Assembly (NCBI GenBank): GCA_030390025.1
Contig: CM059438.1
Span: forward strand, 68,326,001-68,390,000
Length of the DNA stretch: 64,000 nucleotides
DNA from: Squalus acanthias
Lineage: Eukaryota
Direction of reading: 5' to 3'
Shown here: positions 50,957-63,111 of the stretch, piece after piece
How the letters are laid out: each line of letters opens with the position of its first letter
How positions within the stretch are numbered: the stretch's first letter is position 1
Translations under genes and position numbers: made by a program
Notes under the pieces: model-generated
Databases searched by the model: none
Told to the model about the DNA's origin: nothing
Seen by the model: the letters and a program-made list of their open reading frames with translations, nothing else

Positions 50957-51326
50957 CAAAAGCAAAATACTGCGGATGCTGGAAATCTGAAATAAAAACA
51001 GAAAATGCTGGAAATACTCAGCAGGTCAGGCCGCAGCTGTGGAGAGAGAAACAGAGTTACCGTTTCAGGTCGATGACCCTTCGTCAGAACTGGAAAAAGC
51101 TGGAGATGGAACAGGTTTTTAAGCAAGTGCAGGGGACAGGGAAAGGGGGGAGGGGAGGAAAGAACAAAAGGGAAGGTCTGTGATAGGATGGAAGGCAGGA
51201 GAGATTAAGAGACAAAAGGGATGATGGTGCAAGGCAAAAGGAGATGGTAATGGGACAAGTTAAGAAACAAAAGATGGCTCTAGATGAAGTGTAAATGGTA
51301 ATGGCAGAAAGAAAGACAGCTGCCAT
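50957..51326 (-). mobile_element. Penelope-like 3' terminal fragment with a hammerhead core (51055-51091)
   Basis: 12-bp TSD GTACTAAGAGTA (50945-50956 and 51327-51338); AGTT-CTGACGA-AGGGTCATCGACCT-GAAACGGT-AACT on the minus strand. Confidence 0.75.
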
Positions 51327-51479
51327 GTACTAAGAGTAAATGGATCTTCTTTCTCACCTTTTTGACCAAGCTTTCAGTTCTCCAGCCCATCTCCCATCTC
51401 TTGTGCCCATTTTCCTCTCTCTGGAGTTTTGCATTTGAACCTCAGGAAAGGGATCTAAATACAAGGATTAAAAAAATTG

Positions 51480-52560
51480 AGGTGTTGGAGAACTACGACC
51501 CAATGTAGGTCAACAAGGACATGAGTGATGGGCGAGCAGGACTTGGTACAGAATAGAACATAGGCAGCAGAATTTTGGATGAGCTGAGGTACATGGAAGA
51601 AAAAGCATTGGAAGCTGGCCAGGAAAGCTTTGGAATAGTCGTGTCTGGAGGGGGAAAAGGCAATTGTGAGGATTTCAGCAGTGGGTGAGGCAAAGGCAGG
51701 TAATGTTAGGGAGGTGGATGTAGATGTTCTTTGTGATGGATCGGAAACTCAGTTCAGGGTCAAACAGGGTGCCAAAATTGCGAAGGGCCTGAGACAGTAG
51801 CCAGGACTCGAGATGGTGAGGAAATGGAGTTTGTACCGGGGCAGTAACTATAGATTCAGTCTTTCCATGGTTTAGCTGGAGGAGGTTAAGCCTCATCCCA
51901 GACTGGACATCAGCCAAGCAGTCTAACAGCACATTCAGTGGAAGGTTCAAGAGAGGCAATGGGGTGTAAGAGATAGATTTCATTGGGGTACATGTAGAAG
52001 CTGGCTCAATGTTTGTGGATAGCAAGATGCAAATGAGGAAGAGGAGGAGGCCAAGGATGAATCTTTGGGAAACTTTGGAAATGATGGTGTAGGGGTGGGA
52101 AGCCATTTCTAGAAATGCTCTATCAAAGAAGTAAGAGTGGAACCAAGCAAGGACTATCCTATGTAGTTGGATGGATAACTGAGGACAGACACTGGAGGAG
52201 AATGTTGAAGGTTGAGTAGTTGTCATGTCAAGCGGAATAATGCACCATAGTAGAAGTCACAAAGAATGTTGTTCTTAACCTTGGTTAGGGCAATTTTGGT
52301 GCTGTAGGAGGGGTGCAAGCCTGATTGAAGAGATTTAAACTTGCAGTAGAGATGGGCACAGATCTGCGAGTTGACAAGACATTCAAAGACCTTGGAGATG
52401 GAGCTGTAGTTAGCGAGGACAGTCAGGTCGGGAATGGGTTTGTGAAGAACAGAGGTGCTAGTGGTTTTGAAAAGGAGGGGTGCAGTGCCTGAGGAGAGGG
52501 AGCCATTTACAATGTCATCTAGCATAAGGGTTTGAAAGAGAATTTGGGCTTTTGTAGTTT
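51480..52560 (-). mobile_element. Degenerate L2 LINE RT region
   Basis: IVNGSLSSG, LQSGLHPSYSTKIALTKVKNNI, VLAWFHSYF, LQLNHGKTESI and FDPELSF in the ORFs. Confidence 0.85.
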
Positions 52561-52769
52561 AGTCAGAATGGGGTTGAGTTTATTGAGTTTTGTCAGAATG
52601 TGTGCCTGACATGAACCCAATGAAGAAGATGGATTACTCAATTAGTAATGTCAAGAAGTGCCCCACAATTTGCAATTTTCTTAGGCTATTTGTAGCACAT
52701 AGTATTTTTTTCAATGAGTCTTGTTAAGTTGCAGTTCAGTGGATGCCACCCGCTGATTAGTATCTTGCT

Positions 52770-53095
52770 AAAATAGCTACTCTTCATATGCAAGTCGAGA
52801 GACCCGAATGCCTGCAGGCGATCTGCCGCTTGGAGACTATCCCAGCCAAGCCCAATCATGACCTCACTCGACTTTATCTACACATGCACTTCCCAGCAGT
52901 GATCAGTGGATAGTGATCAGAAACCGGAAACCTGGTTCTGTTTTTATCTTCATGCACCCAGGGAGAGCTAGGTTACTTGCATCAGCCCACCTGGTGTTTT
53001 GGTTGAGATCAGATAACTCAGTACAGACCTGGGATTAAACCTGGGTCCTTCTGGCTTCATTGAATCAGATGGTGCATTAACTTCGTAAGCCATTG
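52770..53095 (-). mobile_element. Old tRNA-headed SINE (unclassified)
   Basis: B-box-like GGTTTAATCCC on the minus strand near 53031-53042; body similar to 28400-28600. Confidence 0.5.
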
Positions 53096-53235
53096 AAAGA
53101 AGTCCTTTTTGCCTATTGTGAGTGTGGTTTTCAGTTTTGATGCAAGCAACTCTCAGGTGACTTGACCAACAGAAGATGTGTGCCCTCTGATGAAATAGTG
53201 CCTGGGTGGTTATAACATTCTCGCCTGCAAATAAT

Positions 53236-53998
53236 GCGCCAGAAATTCGGCTCTTGTCGGATGAGTACGCGCTGTGTACTCACCCGTAAGGCCACTTGAA
53301 GTGCCGGATTCACGCATGCACTGCGCATGCGCGGGAAACCGGAACTTCCGTTCCCCTGAAGGAAGGGGTTCAGAAGTCGAACGCGTGCGTGGTAGAGGCA
53401 GCGCGCACGCAGCGAACTTCGTTTTTTTTTTCAGGTTTCTCCGTGAGGGTAAGTACGGAGAAGCTGCACTTTTAAAAAGGAGGCGCAAGGCCTGTTTTTA
53501 ACAAGGTAAGTGGTTAATTAATAACAATTTAAACATTTTTTCAACAGGTTTATCTTTTTTACATACATTAAAGAAAGGTAAGTTTATTTTTAGCACCGTT
53601 AAAAAGTATAATTAATTTTTTCAAAAATAAATTTTTTGTTTAAAGTAGTTAATTTATGTAACTTACAGTTATTTTTAAAATGTGATGATTTTTAAAAAAT
53701 TATTTGAGTTTAAGTGTGGTTTTGGGGCCGATCTCTATTCATAGATTTGACAGGTCTTCCTGTCAAATCTATGAATGAAAATCCCCTGCTCAGGATTGGC
53801 TCTCCATGGCCCACGTGATCTCAGGGGACGCTTCGAACTAACTGCGCCCCTGAGATACGCAAGCACTGCGCGCCGGCAGCTGCAGGAGGCCCAGGAGCCG
53901 AAGTCCTCGTGGGCCCGAAGCACAATGACAGGCGCGGTGGGCAAGTACGTGCGCGATGCTTGCACCCGCAGGAAGCCGGAGAGCCGAATTTCTGGCCC
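53236..53998. mobile_element. Harbinger-type MITE, inverted sister of 7603-8361
   Basis: 18-bp TIR G(C/G)GCCAGAAATTCGGCTC; colinear with 7603-8361. Confidence 0.9.
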
Positions 53999-55244
53999 AT
54001 TATATTCAAATGATTCAGGAAACTATATAGTTCAGGGCTGAACTGTGCTTTGGACTTCTTCCTAATAAAGCCATCAGCCCTAATTGATGAGCAGCAAAAA
54101 CCAACCTTTGTCAAAATCAAACACTTGATATTTAATTATTACCGTTACAAATTGATTTAGAACTCATGACACAGGCCAGTTTTGTGTGTAAATTCCATCA
54201 TTTTTCCTGGAAACACATCGGACTGCCACTTATTAGCAATCAAACAAACTCTGACTAGGACAAACTAACCCACGAATGCCAAGTTGGCCAACTTTAGGAT
54301 GCTTGATTTCAAATTTTTGTCTCTACTTTGTAAAATAACAGCACTGGCGGTTCATAGAACTTTAACCGCTGTCAGATAACGTTTGTTGCTACTTTTCTGC
54401 TGTCAAATGAATTAAGCAGCAAGGAAAGGGAGAAGTTGCATATGTTTTGTCACTTTTAGGCTGTGGAATAAGTCATTTTTATCAATGCATTCAAATTGTA
54501 TTTATGCTAAAAAAAAATTGAACATAGTTCTTTTTTCCCAGTTCCCTGACAGCTGCAAACAGAGATAATGTGTTAAATACAGATAAAACTATTTAGGTGA
54601 TAAAACTGCCTCAAGCTGAATGCATCCACAGAAGATGTGCACAAGGTATTAAACATGACTGGATTAGGATGTGATTATTTTTCAAAACGATGTAGTGTGC
54701 TGCATCTGTTTAAGGTGTTGATGTTCTCGCTGCTGTTGTGCTGAAAGGTTGTCAAGTTTTTAATTTCACAAAAATCTCAGCCCTGTCAGTTGACCTTTTA
54801 CCAATACATCTTGTTCTTGACAAAAGGGATTTTCAGCTGGTAGACAAAAATATTTATAGTGTTCCTTTCACAGTGTCTGCCTTAATAGTTCAGCATTTCG
54901 CTTGTGAAATGTGTTGTCTCGGAAGAAAAGTAATCCCAATGTTAATGCCCCTTCTGTTCACCTGCAATGCTCGCTTTTGACTCGCAGACTAATTAAAGGA
55001 ATGAGCAGCTGATCATATCCTCCGATTCGTGCTTTCTTTCCCCCTTTGTTGCTGTGAATTCTTTTTGGCACTCATTGTATTATCAATGCTCACATTTAAT
55101 TTGTGCCATTGTGCAATGCCTCCGCTCAGTTAATATTTGAAACTCAGGAGCTGCAAAGAGGGGATTGGCATGTAACGGTGAGCAGAGGTTGGGGTGAGTG
55201 GGCCATTTAAATTTAACAAGTTATTCCATTGCCTAATTAGACAA

Positions 55245-55534
55245 ATGTGAGAAGTCGCACAACACCAGGTTATAGTCCAACAGTTTTATTTGAAATAACC
55301 TGGTGTCGTGCGACTTCTCACATTTGTCCACCCCAGTCCAACACCGGCATCTCCACATCATGGCTATTATCGACACCACAAACTGCCGGCTCAAAGTGGA
55401 GAGGATCTCCAAGAAGATCGCGCATATCAACACAGACATCAAGTTATTTCAAATAAAACTGTTGGACTATAACCTGGTGTTGTGCGACTTCTCACTTTTG
55501 TCCACCCCAGTCCAACACCGGCATCTCCACATCA
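55245..55534 (+). mobile_element. Penelope-like fragment: inverted plus direct terminal repeats with the ORF N-terminus
   Basis: 11-bp TSD TAATTAGACAA; direct repeat 55296-55361 / 55470-55535; inverted arm 55248-55297; MAIIDTTNCRLKVERISKKIAHINTDIK resembles the start of a PLE ORF. Confidence 0.75.
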
Positions 55535-55811
55535 TAATTAGACAATGACCAGGCTACATATATTGGGTTTATTTCCCATGAAGGATGGTAACTCAGGCTC
55601 CAAAGATCAAGGAAAGGAAAACATTTGGAAAGGTTCTCATCAAAAACAATACAATGGTTGTACCTGTCTACAGACATTTTGTAAGTAGTGAGTTTGAGTG
55701 CACAATGTAATTTTAGCAGCAAACAGATAAGTTAAATCCTGGTGATTGTTTTTTTTTGCCTATATAAGTTCAATCAAGCAGAAAACTTAAGCTTGGTTCA
55801 TTATTACGTGG

Positions 55812-56016
55812 CCATGATGCGGAGATGCCGGTGTTGGACTGGGGTGGACAAAAGTGAGAAGTCGCACAACACCAGGTTATAGTCCAACAGCTTTATTTGA
55901 AATCACAAGCTTTCGGAGCGCTGCTCCTTCGTCAGGTGAAGAAGGAGCAGCACTCCGAAAGCTTGTGATTTCAAATAAAGCTGTTGGACTATAACCTGGT
56001 GTTGTGCGACTTCTCA
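55812..56016 (-). mobile_element. Penelope-like fold-back fragment
   Basis: TSD TCATTATTACGTGG (55798-55811 and 56014-56027); inverted arms of about 75 bp; same family as 55245-55534. Confidence 0.8.
55903..55939 (-). ncRNA. Minimal type I hammerhead ribozyme motif
   Basis: TCAC-CTGACGA-A-GGAGC agc GCTCC-GAAAGCTT-GTGA: 4-bp stem I, 5-bp stem II, palindromic stem III. Confidence 0.72.
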
Positions 56017-56253
56017 TTATTACGTGGGCAGTAATAGATGTCCAGGAATTACTATGAGGCAGTGATCTCAGCGAGTGGTTCAAGTGATGTCATTAACCAT
56101 GAGGTTGAAACTCGAGCAGTTTACGATTATTTGGATTATTCCTCAGTGTCCCGTTCCTGAGTGTCCAATTTTTTTTTACAAAGGATCACTGTGGCTATGC
56201 TCAGGTTCCGCTTTTACCCTCCTTTTTTTTGTTAGCATTTGTTGTCCTTTCAG

Positions 56254-56327
56254 GTACCAGCCTGCAGGCTCCACATTGATGAGCGCCGAAGGAGCAATGG
56301 TTGTGTTTATTACAAGATCCGTGAATG
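56254..56327 (+). CDS. Candidate host exon
   Basis: Long polypyrimidine tract ending cctttcAG, donor TG|gtaaca. Phase-0 reading VPACRLHIDERRRSNGCVYYKIRE is compatible with the 32244 exon; a second frame is also open. Confidence 0.5.
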
Positions 56328-56734
56328 GTAACACACAGCTCATGAGAAAGAAATTAATCATTTTCATTTAATTATTAGAATGGTAGACACAAGAAAAGAA
56401 ACCAAATGTATGCTGGATCCATGACATGGAAATCCATTCTACCCTGATAATGATGCACAGTATTGAACTCAACACAATGTGACGTGTACAGCCATGTCTA
56501 TGCTCAAGCTATCTGTATTGTGTTGACCCACTCCATGTGTCCCATTTAAAGGGCAGGATTTCATGAACAATTTGCATGTTATTAGTTTAATATACATGAT
56601 TCACTCTCCTATCTTCTGTTTTCATGCATTAAACAGATAATGCAAATTCAGTAAATTGTTAGTGAAGTTATCAGTAACTGATGAATAGCAAAGGTCAAAG
56701 GATGGGGCGGTCGTGAACAAATGCGACAAATGTT

Positions 56735-57077
56735 AATCAGTTTTAATAACTATACTTATTTTATTAATGTGATGGTTTTTAAAAAAAATTTAATTGAGGT
56801 TTAGCTGTTCTTTTGGGGGGGTATAGTATTCATAGCTTTCACAGCCGTGCTGTGAAAGCTATGAATGAAAGATGGTGTGCTGCCATTGGCTCTAACTGAG
56901 TCACGTGATCCCACAGCTCGCACAAATTAACTACGCCTGTGGGATACGAAAGCCCTGCACAGCTGCTGTCGAGAACATCAAGTTCGTGCGAGCTCGGACT
57001 GAAAAAGCCAGCGTGCAGTGAGAGATCGCGGGAAGGCCTTACCCTCGCACGAAGGCTCACTCACTAATTTTTGGGCC
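56735..57077. mobile_element. Partial, diverged copy of the 7603/53236 MITE family
   Basis: Ends AATTTTTGGGCC; shares the internal hairpin and the GCCATTGGCTCT...CACGTGATCCC block. Confidence 0.7.
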
Positions 57078-57874
57078 ATTACATTTTTGGTAGGAAGAAT
57101 AGGGAGGTCATTTATCACTTGGAGGGTGTGAGTCTAGGTGGGGTAGAGGAAGAAAGGGATCTCAGAGTACAAATGCACAAATCACTAAAAGTTGTGATAC
57201 AAGTTAGCAATGTGAGACAAAAAAGCAAACCAAGCACTAGGGTTTATTTCTAGAGGTATAGAATTGAAAAGTAGTGAAGTTATGCTAAACCCGTATCGAA
57301 CCATTGTTAGACCACACTTAGAGTACTGCGTACAGTTCTGGTCGCCATATTATAAAAAAGGATAAAGAGGCACTGGAGAAGGTGCAGAGAAAATTTACAA
57401 GGATGATACCAGAAATGCAAGGGTATACATATCAGGAAAGGATGACTAGGCTGGGTCTCTTTTCTCTTGAAATAAGAAGGCTGAAGGTGACCTAATAGAG
57501 GTCTTTAAAATTATGAAAAATTTGGATAGAGTGGAAACAGAGAGAATGTTTCCACTTGTGGGGAAGAGCATAACTAGAGGCCATCAATATAAGCTAGTCA
57601 CCAAGAAATCCAATAGGGAATTCAGAAGAAACTTCTTTACCCAAAGAGTGGTGAGAATGTGGAACTCGCTGCCACAGGGAGTGTTTGAAGTGAATAGTAT
57701 AGATGCATCTAAGGGGAGGCTGGCCAAGCATATGAGGGAAAAGGGAATAGAGGGTTATGCTGATAGATTTAGATGAGGAAAGACGGGAGGAGGCTCGTGT
57801 GGAGCATAAACGCCAGCATGGACTGGTTGAGCCGAATGGCCTGTTTCTGTGCCATATATCCTATGTAATCCTAT
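57078..57874 (+). mobile_element. CR1 3' portion, same subfamily as 4270-6500
   Basis: FPLVGKSITRGHQYK...RRNFFTQRVVRMWNSLPQGV; ATCCTATGTAATCCTATG tail. Confidence 0.93.
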
Positions 57875-59236
57875 GCTGCCTGATTGCACATTGCACAGGA
57901 GGACGCAAACAGGGATGTCGTCAGGAGGACCAGGCTGCAGTGGCACAAATCTTTCGATCATCACAGTAGATCAAGAATTGTTACTGCAAAGCCAAACTCA
58001 ACCTCATCCTGCTGTGCCACTCATCACATCTCCATCACTCTGCCTTCCCTACCCTACTCCTGCACATCCTTATTCACACCAACTTACCTTGCACCTCCAC
58101 CCATCCCTCTCTATCTACATTATCACTTCCCCATCTCACGAGCCACCCCTCACACTCACACTTATCCTAGTCCAATCATACCAACTAACAACACACAAGG
58201 GTAGGCACTTGGGTGTTTTAGCCAATGGCCATGTAAACTTTCTGTTACTGTGTTGTCAAGCATTGAAATCCTTATTCTCACCACTTTGCCTTCTTGGACA
58301 GATTTGTGTGCATCTTTGAAAGTGTGTTCGTGAGTTCCAGTGAATGGTGAGACATAACGTCCCCCACCCCACAATGGTGATGAGTGTGAAAGGAATGTCT
58401 TGGACATTGTAAGGATGCTTTATGGTGCAGGTGTGGGGTGGTGCCAACTTGGTGCATCATGTGGCAGCCAGGGTTGTACAGTGTTAAGTGAAGCAAATCT
58501 GGACATGGTGAGGGCATAGCTGGCATCCCGGGCAGCAATGTGCATGGGTGCTGATGCCCTGTGTCCAGTGCAGCATCAGTTGATTGCGGAGAAGGTTGGT
58601 GGTGTTGTTGGTGCTGCTGGTGTGCCCGGTGATGCTGGTGTTCAGGCTGATCGTATTGGGATTCTGAGGACCAAGGTGAAATTTTTTCAAGGGCACCGAT
58701 GCTGATGGAATAGATGGCAGGTGAGGTTGAGATGACAGAAGTAATATGTCAATGTTGAGATAGGTTGTTCCAAGGAGGGGACAGTGGATAGAGCGATTAC
58801 TCCAAACACTTCAAAAGTGCATAAAGCTCAAAAGTGGGTTTCAAATCATTAATGCTCCAGCTTCTAAGATTGGGAAGTGACCAGCTGTGAAATGGTTGGT
58901 TTTAGACCACTTCTGCAGCTGTCACCTATTCACAGCAATCCACAGTCATTGAGAACCCGACATGATAGCCGCTCTCTGGGAACTTCGTTGAAAACCTGGT
59001 AAAGTGGCAAGTACATAGGAAAATGGTTCGTAACTACCTTTTATCAAGCTTTTAACATCTAAATAAGCCGACCCGCCACTTGGTGTCGGATCTCTTCAGG
59101 GATGACAGATCCGACACTTGGGAAACTGACAAGGAGGCGGGTTTACAGTGAGATACTGACCCGCTGTCAATCTTTGTGATTTTGACAGCGGACCCGCCTC
59201 CAAACCCGCACTCTGAGTGCCGGCAAAATTCAGCCC
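57874..59236. mobile_element. Truncated inverted copy of the 44983 non-autonomous Harbinger
   Basis: Reverse complement of 44983-48430 without the nested inserts; TIR GCAAAATTCAGCCC at 59223-59236. Confidence 0.92.
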
Positions 59237-59858
59237 ATAGTTTATTAATATATAAACTAACCGCTTCAAATGTTGTGAATTATTGTTCTGTCAAATAACT
59301 TCTTGGGTCCAATTTTGTATTTTTCTATTCCAACATCTGAACACTTGAATTCTGAAATGGAAACAGAAAATGCTGGAAGTGCAAAGCAACTCCTGTCAGC
59401 TTCTGGAAAAAAAATTGCTGAGAGATCTAATCAGTGTTTTTTGTTTCAGTCGCTGCTGTAGATCACCAGTGTGTTTTTGTTTTAATGTGCCAGAAGCCTG
59501 TTTCAGTTCCACAGTGTGAAGATTGCTGAGCCCTAAGGGATTTCAAATTCAATATAATTACCCCATGTGAATAATGAGCTGCCCCAATGGCTCAGTTGAT
59601 GGATGGACAACCTGCTACAGGATTGAGCCATACAGACTGAGCAGTGCCAATGTGCGCTGATTAACCTCAGTCGGAGCAACAGTTGCACTACAACTGAGGG
59701 AGACTTTTCCCAACTCTGCGCTTCCAAACGGAAGCCTCGACCGCCAGGGTTGTATTTCTGAAATTTGGGCACTCTCTGTTCTTTGGATCAGTTGGAGAAT
59801 CACAAGTACCACGGGCCCGAATTTCTGATATGCACAGAGTGCAAAGTTGGAAGATTAC

Positions 59859-60607
59859 GGCCCGGAGTTTCTTCCACGGGCGCAATCAGGAAATTGCGCC
59901 TGACTGGCTGAACTGAAATTGCTCTCGCGTTTCCGTGCAAACTAATTCAAATAACTCCCAACGTAAAATCTCCCGTGAATCAGCACAATCGAGCAGTGTA
60001 ATCTAGTGACTGTGACTAGTGCAGAGCCAGTAGGGACTCAAATGTTCCTGTGGGATAGTATAAATGGGATGGTGAGGGAAAGATTCTCCTTCACAGTGAG
60101 GCTGGAGACTACAGGGTGAGCAACACTTATTTCTCCCGGCAACTTTTACAGTAATTAATTTCAATCGCAGAGTCTGGTGTATTTTTTATTTTTCCCTCCC
60201 TGCGGAGGAATGACCACAAAATGAGTCATAGTTCAAGTCTTTTTAAAGGCGTATGATTTTTGCAGCAGGGCTGACGTGAGGTTTTAATTGACTGCTGGTC
60301 AGCTAATTTGCCCTGTACTGTGACCACGGGTGCCTGTGCGCCTGAGAATCTGGGCGCAGTGTAATGAAACTCCCTCCTAACAAGCACAATCGGAGGAAAC
60401 TCGTCTCCGTCCTGGGGGCCTGGGCAGGGACTAGTTCGGGTGAAGGGTTCAATGGACAGACTTACAAAGATCACAGATACTTGGGCACATTGTTGCTACA
60501 GGTGTAATTCACTATTCCCAAATTTCCCCGATCTCTTATGCTATTTGACTTACTTGCGCTCAGATTAAGCTGTTATCTGGATTCAAATCTGAAGGAAATT
60601 CCGGGCC
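59859..60607. mobile_element. Harbinger-type MITE
   Basis: TIRs GGCCCGGAGTTTC / GAAATTCCGGGCC; TSD TAC. Confidence 0.82.
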
Positions 60608-61159
60608 TACATCTCTGGTCTCAGCACTCGTGGAGTAAGGAGGGAAGAAAAAATTCAATCCAGCATTTTCACCGTTAATCAGTATCCTCCCGACACTCTC
60701 ACACATGAAGAATTATTAGTGATGAGGCCATGAAGCAGATTTTCAGCCCTATTGGCATTTTATTGAATTGCCATCTGAGATCCTGCAATTGAACAGCTGA
60801 CTGAGCATCTTTCTGGTCTTCTCTCCTGAAGCCGCTGATCTGTGTTGGCGTTTGCTTCCACAGCCACCTAGAGACCTCTGGTACTTTTTCCAAGTGGCAT
60901 TTTCTTAATACGCGAGTGGAGATTATTTTCCGAAAATGAGCTTGCAGCAGGGAACCTTGGCTTGTGACTGTCTGATAATGGACTGCCAGCAAGGTTCCCA
61001 ACCAATGTCCACTTGGAAAATGACCCGCTGTGCGTTTCAGTGGGCTGTTTGACCAGAGAGGAAGTCCCAGCTGTCCCTATTTGTGTGCTCACCTGACACC
61101 CGCTCACATCAACCTTGCAGCAGGAGTGACTGGATTGCACTCACATTGGGGGATCCTGA

Positions 61160-62203
61160 CTTTTTTTTAAATTCGTTTATGGGATGTGGGCGTCGCTGGC
61201 AAGGCCGGCATTTATTGCCCATCCCTAATTGCCCTTGAGAAGGTGGTGGTGAGCCGCTCTTCTTGAACCGCTGCAGTCCGTGTGGTGAAGGTCCTCCCAC
61301 AGTGCTGTTAGGGAGGGAGTTCCAGGATTTTGACCCAGCAACGATGAAGGATCGGTGATATATTTCTAAGTCAGGATGGTGTGTGACTTGGAGGGGAATT
61401 TGGAGGTGGTGGTGTTCCCATGCGCCTACTGCCCTTGTCCTTCTAGGTGGAAGAGGTCGTGGGTTTGGGAGGGGCTGCCGAAGAAGCCTTGACGAGTTGC
61501 TGCAGTGCATCTTGTAGATGGTACAAACTGCAACCACGGTGCGCCGGTGGTGGAGGGAGTGAATGTTTAAGGTGGTGGATGGGGTGCCAATCAAGCGGGC
61601 TGCATTGCCCTGGATGGTGTTGAGATTCTTGAGTGTTGTTGGAGCTGCACTCATCCAGGCAAGTGGAGAGTATTGCATCACACTCATTACTTGTGCCTTG
61701 TAGATGGTGGAAAGGCTTTGGGGAGTCAGGAGGTGAGACACTCGCCGCAGAATACCCAGCCTCTGACCTGCTCTTGTTGCCACAGTATTTATGTGGCTGG
61801 TCCAGTTAAGTTTCTGGTCAATGGTGACCTCCAGGATGTTGATGGTGGGGGATTCGGCGATGGTGATGCCGTTGAATGTCAAGGGGTTGTGGTTAGACTC
61901 TCGCTTGTTGGAGACTGTCATTGCCTGACACTTCTGTGGCGCAAATGTTACCTGCTACTTATCAGCCCAAGACTGAACGTCATCCAGGTCTTGTTGAATG
62001 CGGGCATGGACTGCTTCATTATCTGAGGATTTGTGAATGGCACTGAACACTGTGCAGTCATCAGCGAACATCCCCACTCCTGACCTTATGTTGGAGGGAA
62101 GGCCATTGATAAAGTAGCTGAGGATGATTGGGCCTAGGACACTGCCCTGAGGAACTCCTGCAGCGATGTCCTGGGGCTGTGATGATTGACCTTCAACCAC
62201 CAC
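61160..62203 (-). mobile_element. 5'-truncated CR1/L2-group LINE (RT C-terminus plus tail)
   Basis: GVPQGSVLGP, MFADDC, LSTIYKAQVMSVMQYSPLAW; tail shared with the SINE at 44583-44673. Confidence 0.93.
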
Positions 62204-62339
62204 TGATTGTCCCTTTCATCGTCCATGAGTACCCAAACCAATTGTAGTGCCCCAACTGTTTAGTTTGCCCACTAAATTGGCTAATTCAGCAGGTTAAAAT
62301 CAGGACTTTCTAGTCTGTACAACATAGAGACAGAAAATA

Positions 62340-62680
62340 AAGAACTAACTTTCATTTATCTAACACCGTTCATGACCTCAAGATGTCGCAAAGCATCTTA
62401 CAACCAATTTAGTACTTTGAAGTGTTGTCATTGTTACAATGTAGGGAAACTGGGCAGCCAATATGTGCACAGCAAGCTCCCACAAAAAGCAATGTGATAA
62501 TGACCAGCTAATCTGTTTTAGTGATGTTGGTTGAGGGTTAAATATTGGCCAGCACACCGAGAGAACTCCCCTGCTCTTCTTCAAAATAGTGCCATGGGAT
62601 CTTTTACATCCACCTGAGAAGGCAGACTCAGTTTCACTTCTTATCCAAAAGACGGCACCTCTGACACTCCCTCAGTACTA
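62340..62680 (-). mobile_element. Deu-domain SINE; another partial copy at 63700-63885
   Basis: AATAGTGCCATGGGATCTTTTACATCCACCTGAGA is the reverse complement of 33587-33620. Confidence 0.85.
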
Positions 62681-63111
62681 GGTGCAGAGATGAGCATGCA
62701 GATTGCATGGTTTTCAGTGAAGGAGATTAGTTGTCAGATTTTGTTTTTAAATGATAGCTTGCAGAATCACGTCCATATTCCTGATCCATCATTTGTTTTA
62801 CACAGTACCATGTGACCAATGCATTCTGCTCAAAGACAGCTGAACTTTATATTGTGAATGACTGAAAATCACTTGAGGAAGACTTGAGTTCAGGGGGTTA
62901 GCTGTATATGTTATCAAGCAGAAAACTTTAAATTGGTGCTCTTTTTTCCTGACTATAACTATTGGGAAGAGCTTATGGCCACGTAAAATATTGTTTTTAC
63001 TGTCTTTCCATTACTTTCTTTGAGTAGATCTTTAAGAAGCTAGAAGAATAGTCTATTGATGGATAGAGAAAACTCATTTCATTTTCTGTTATGTTGCATT
63101 TTCTTTCACAG

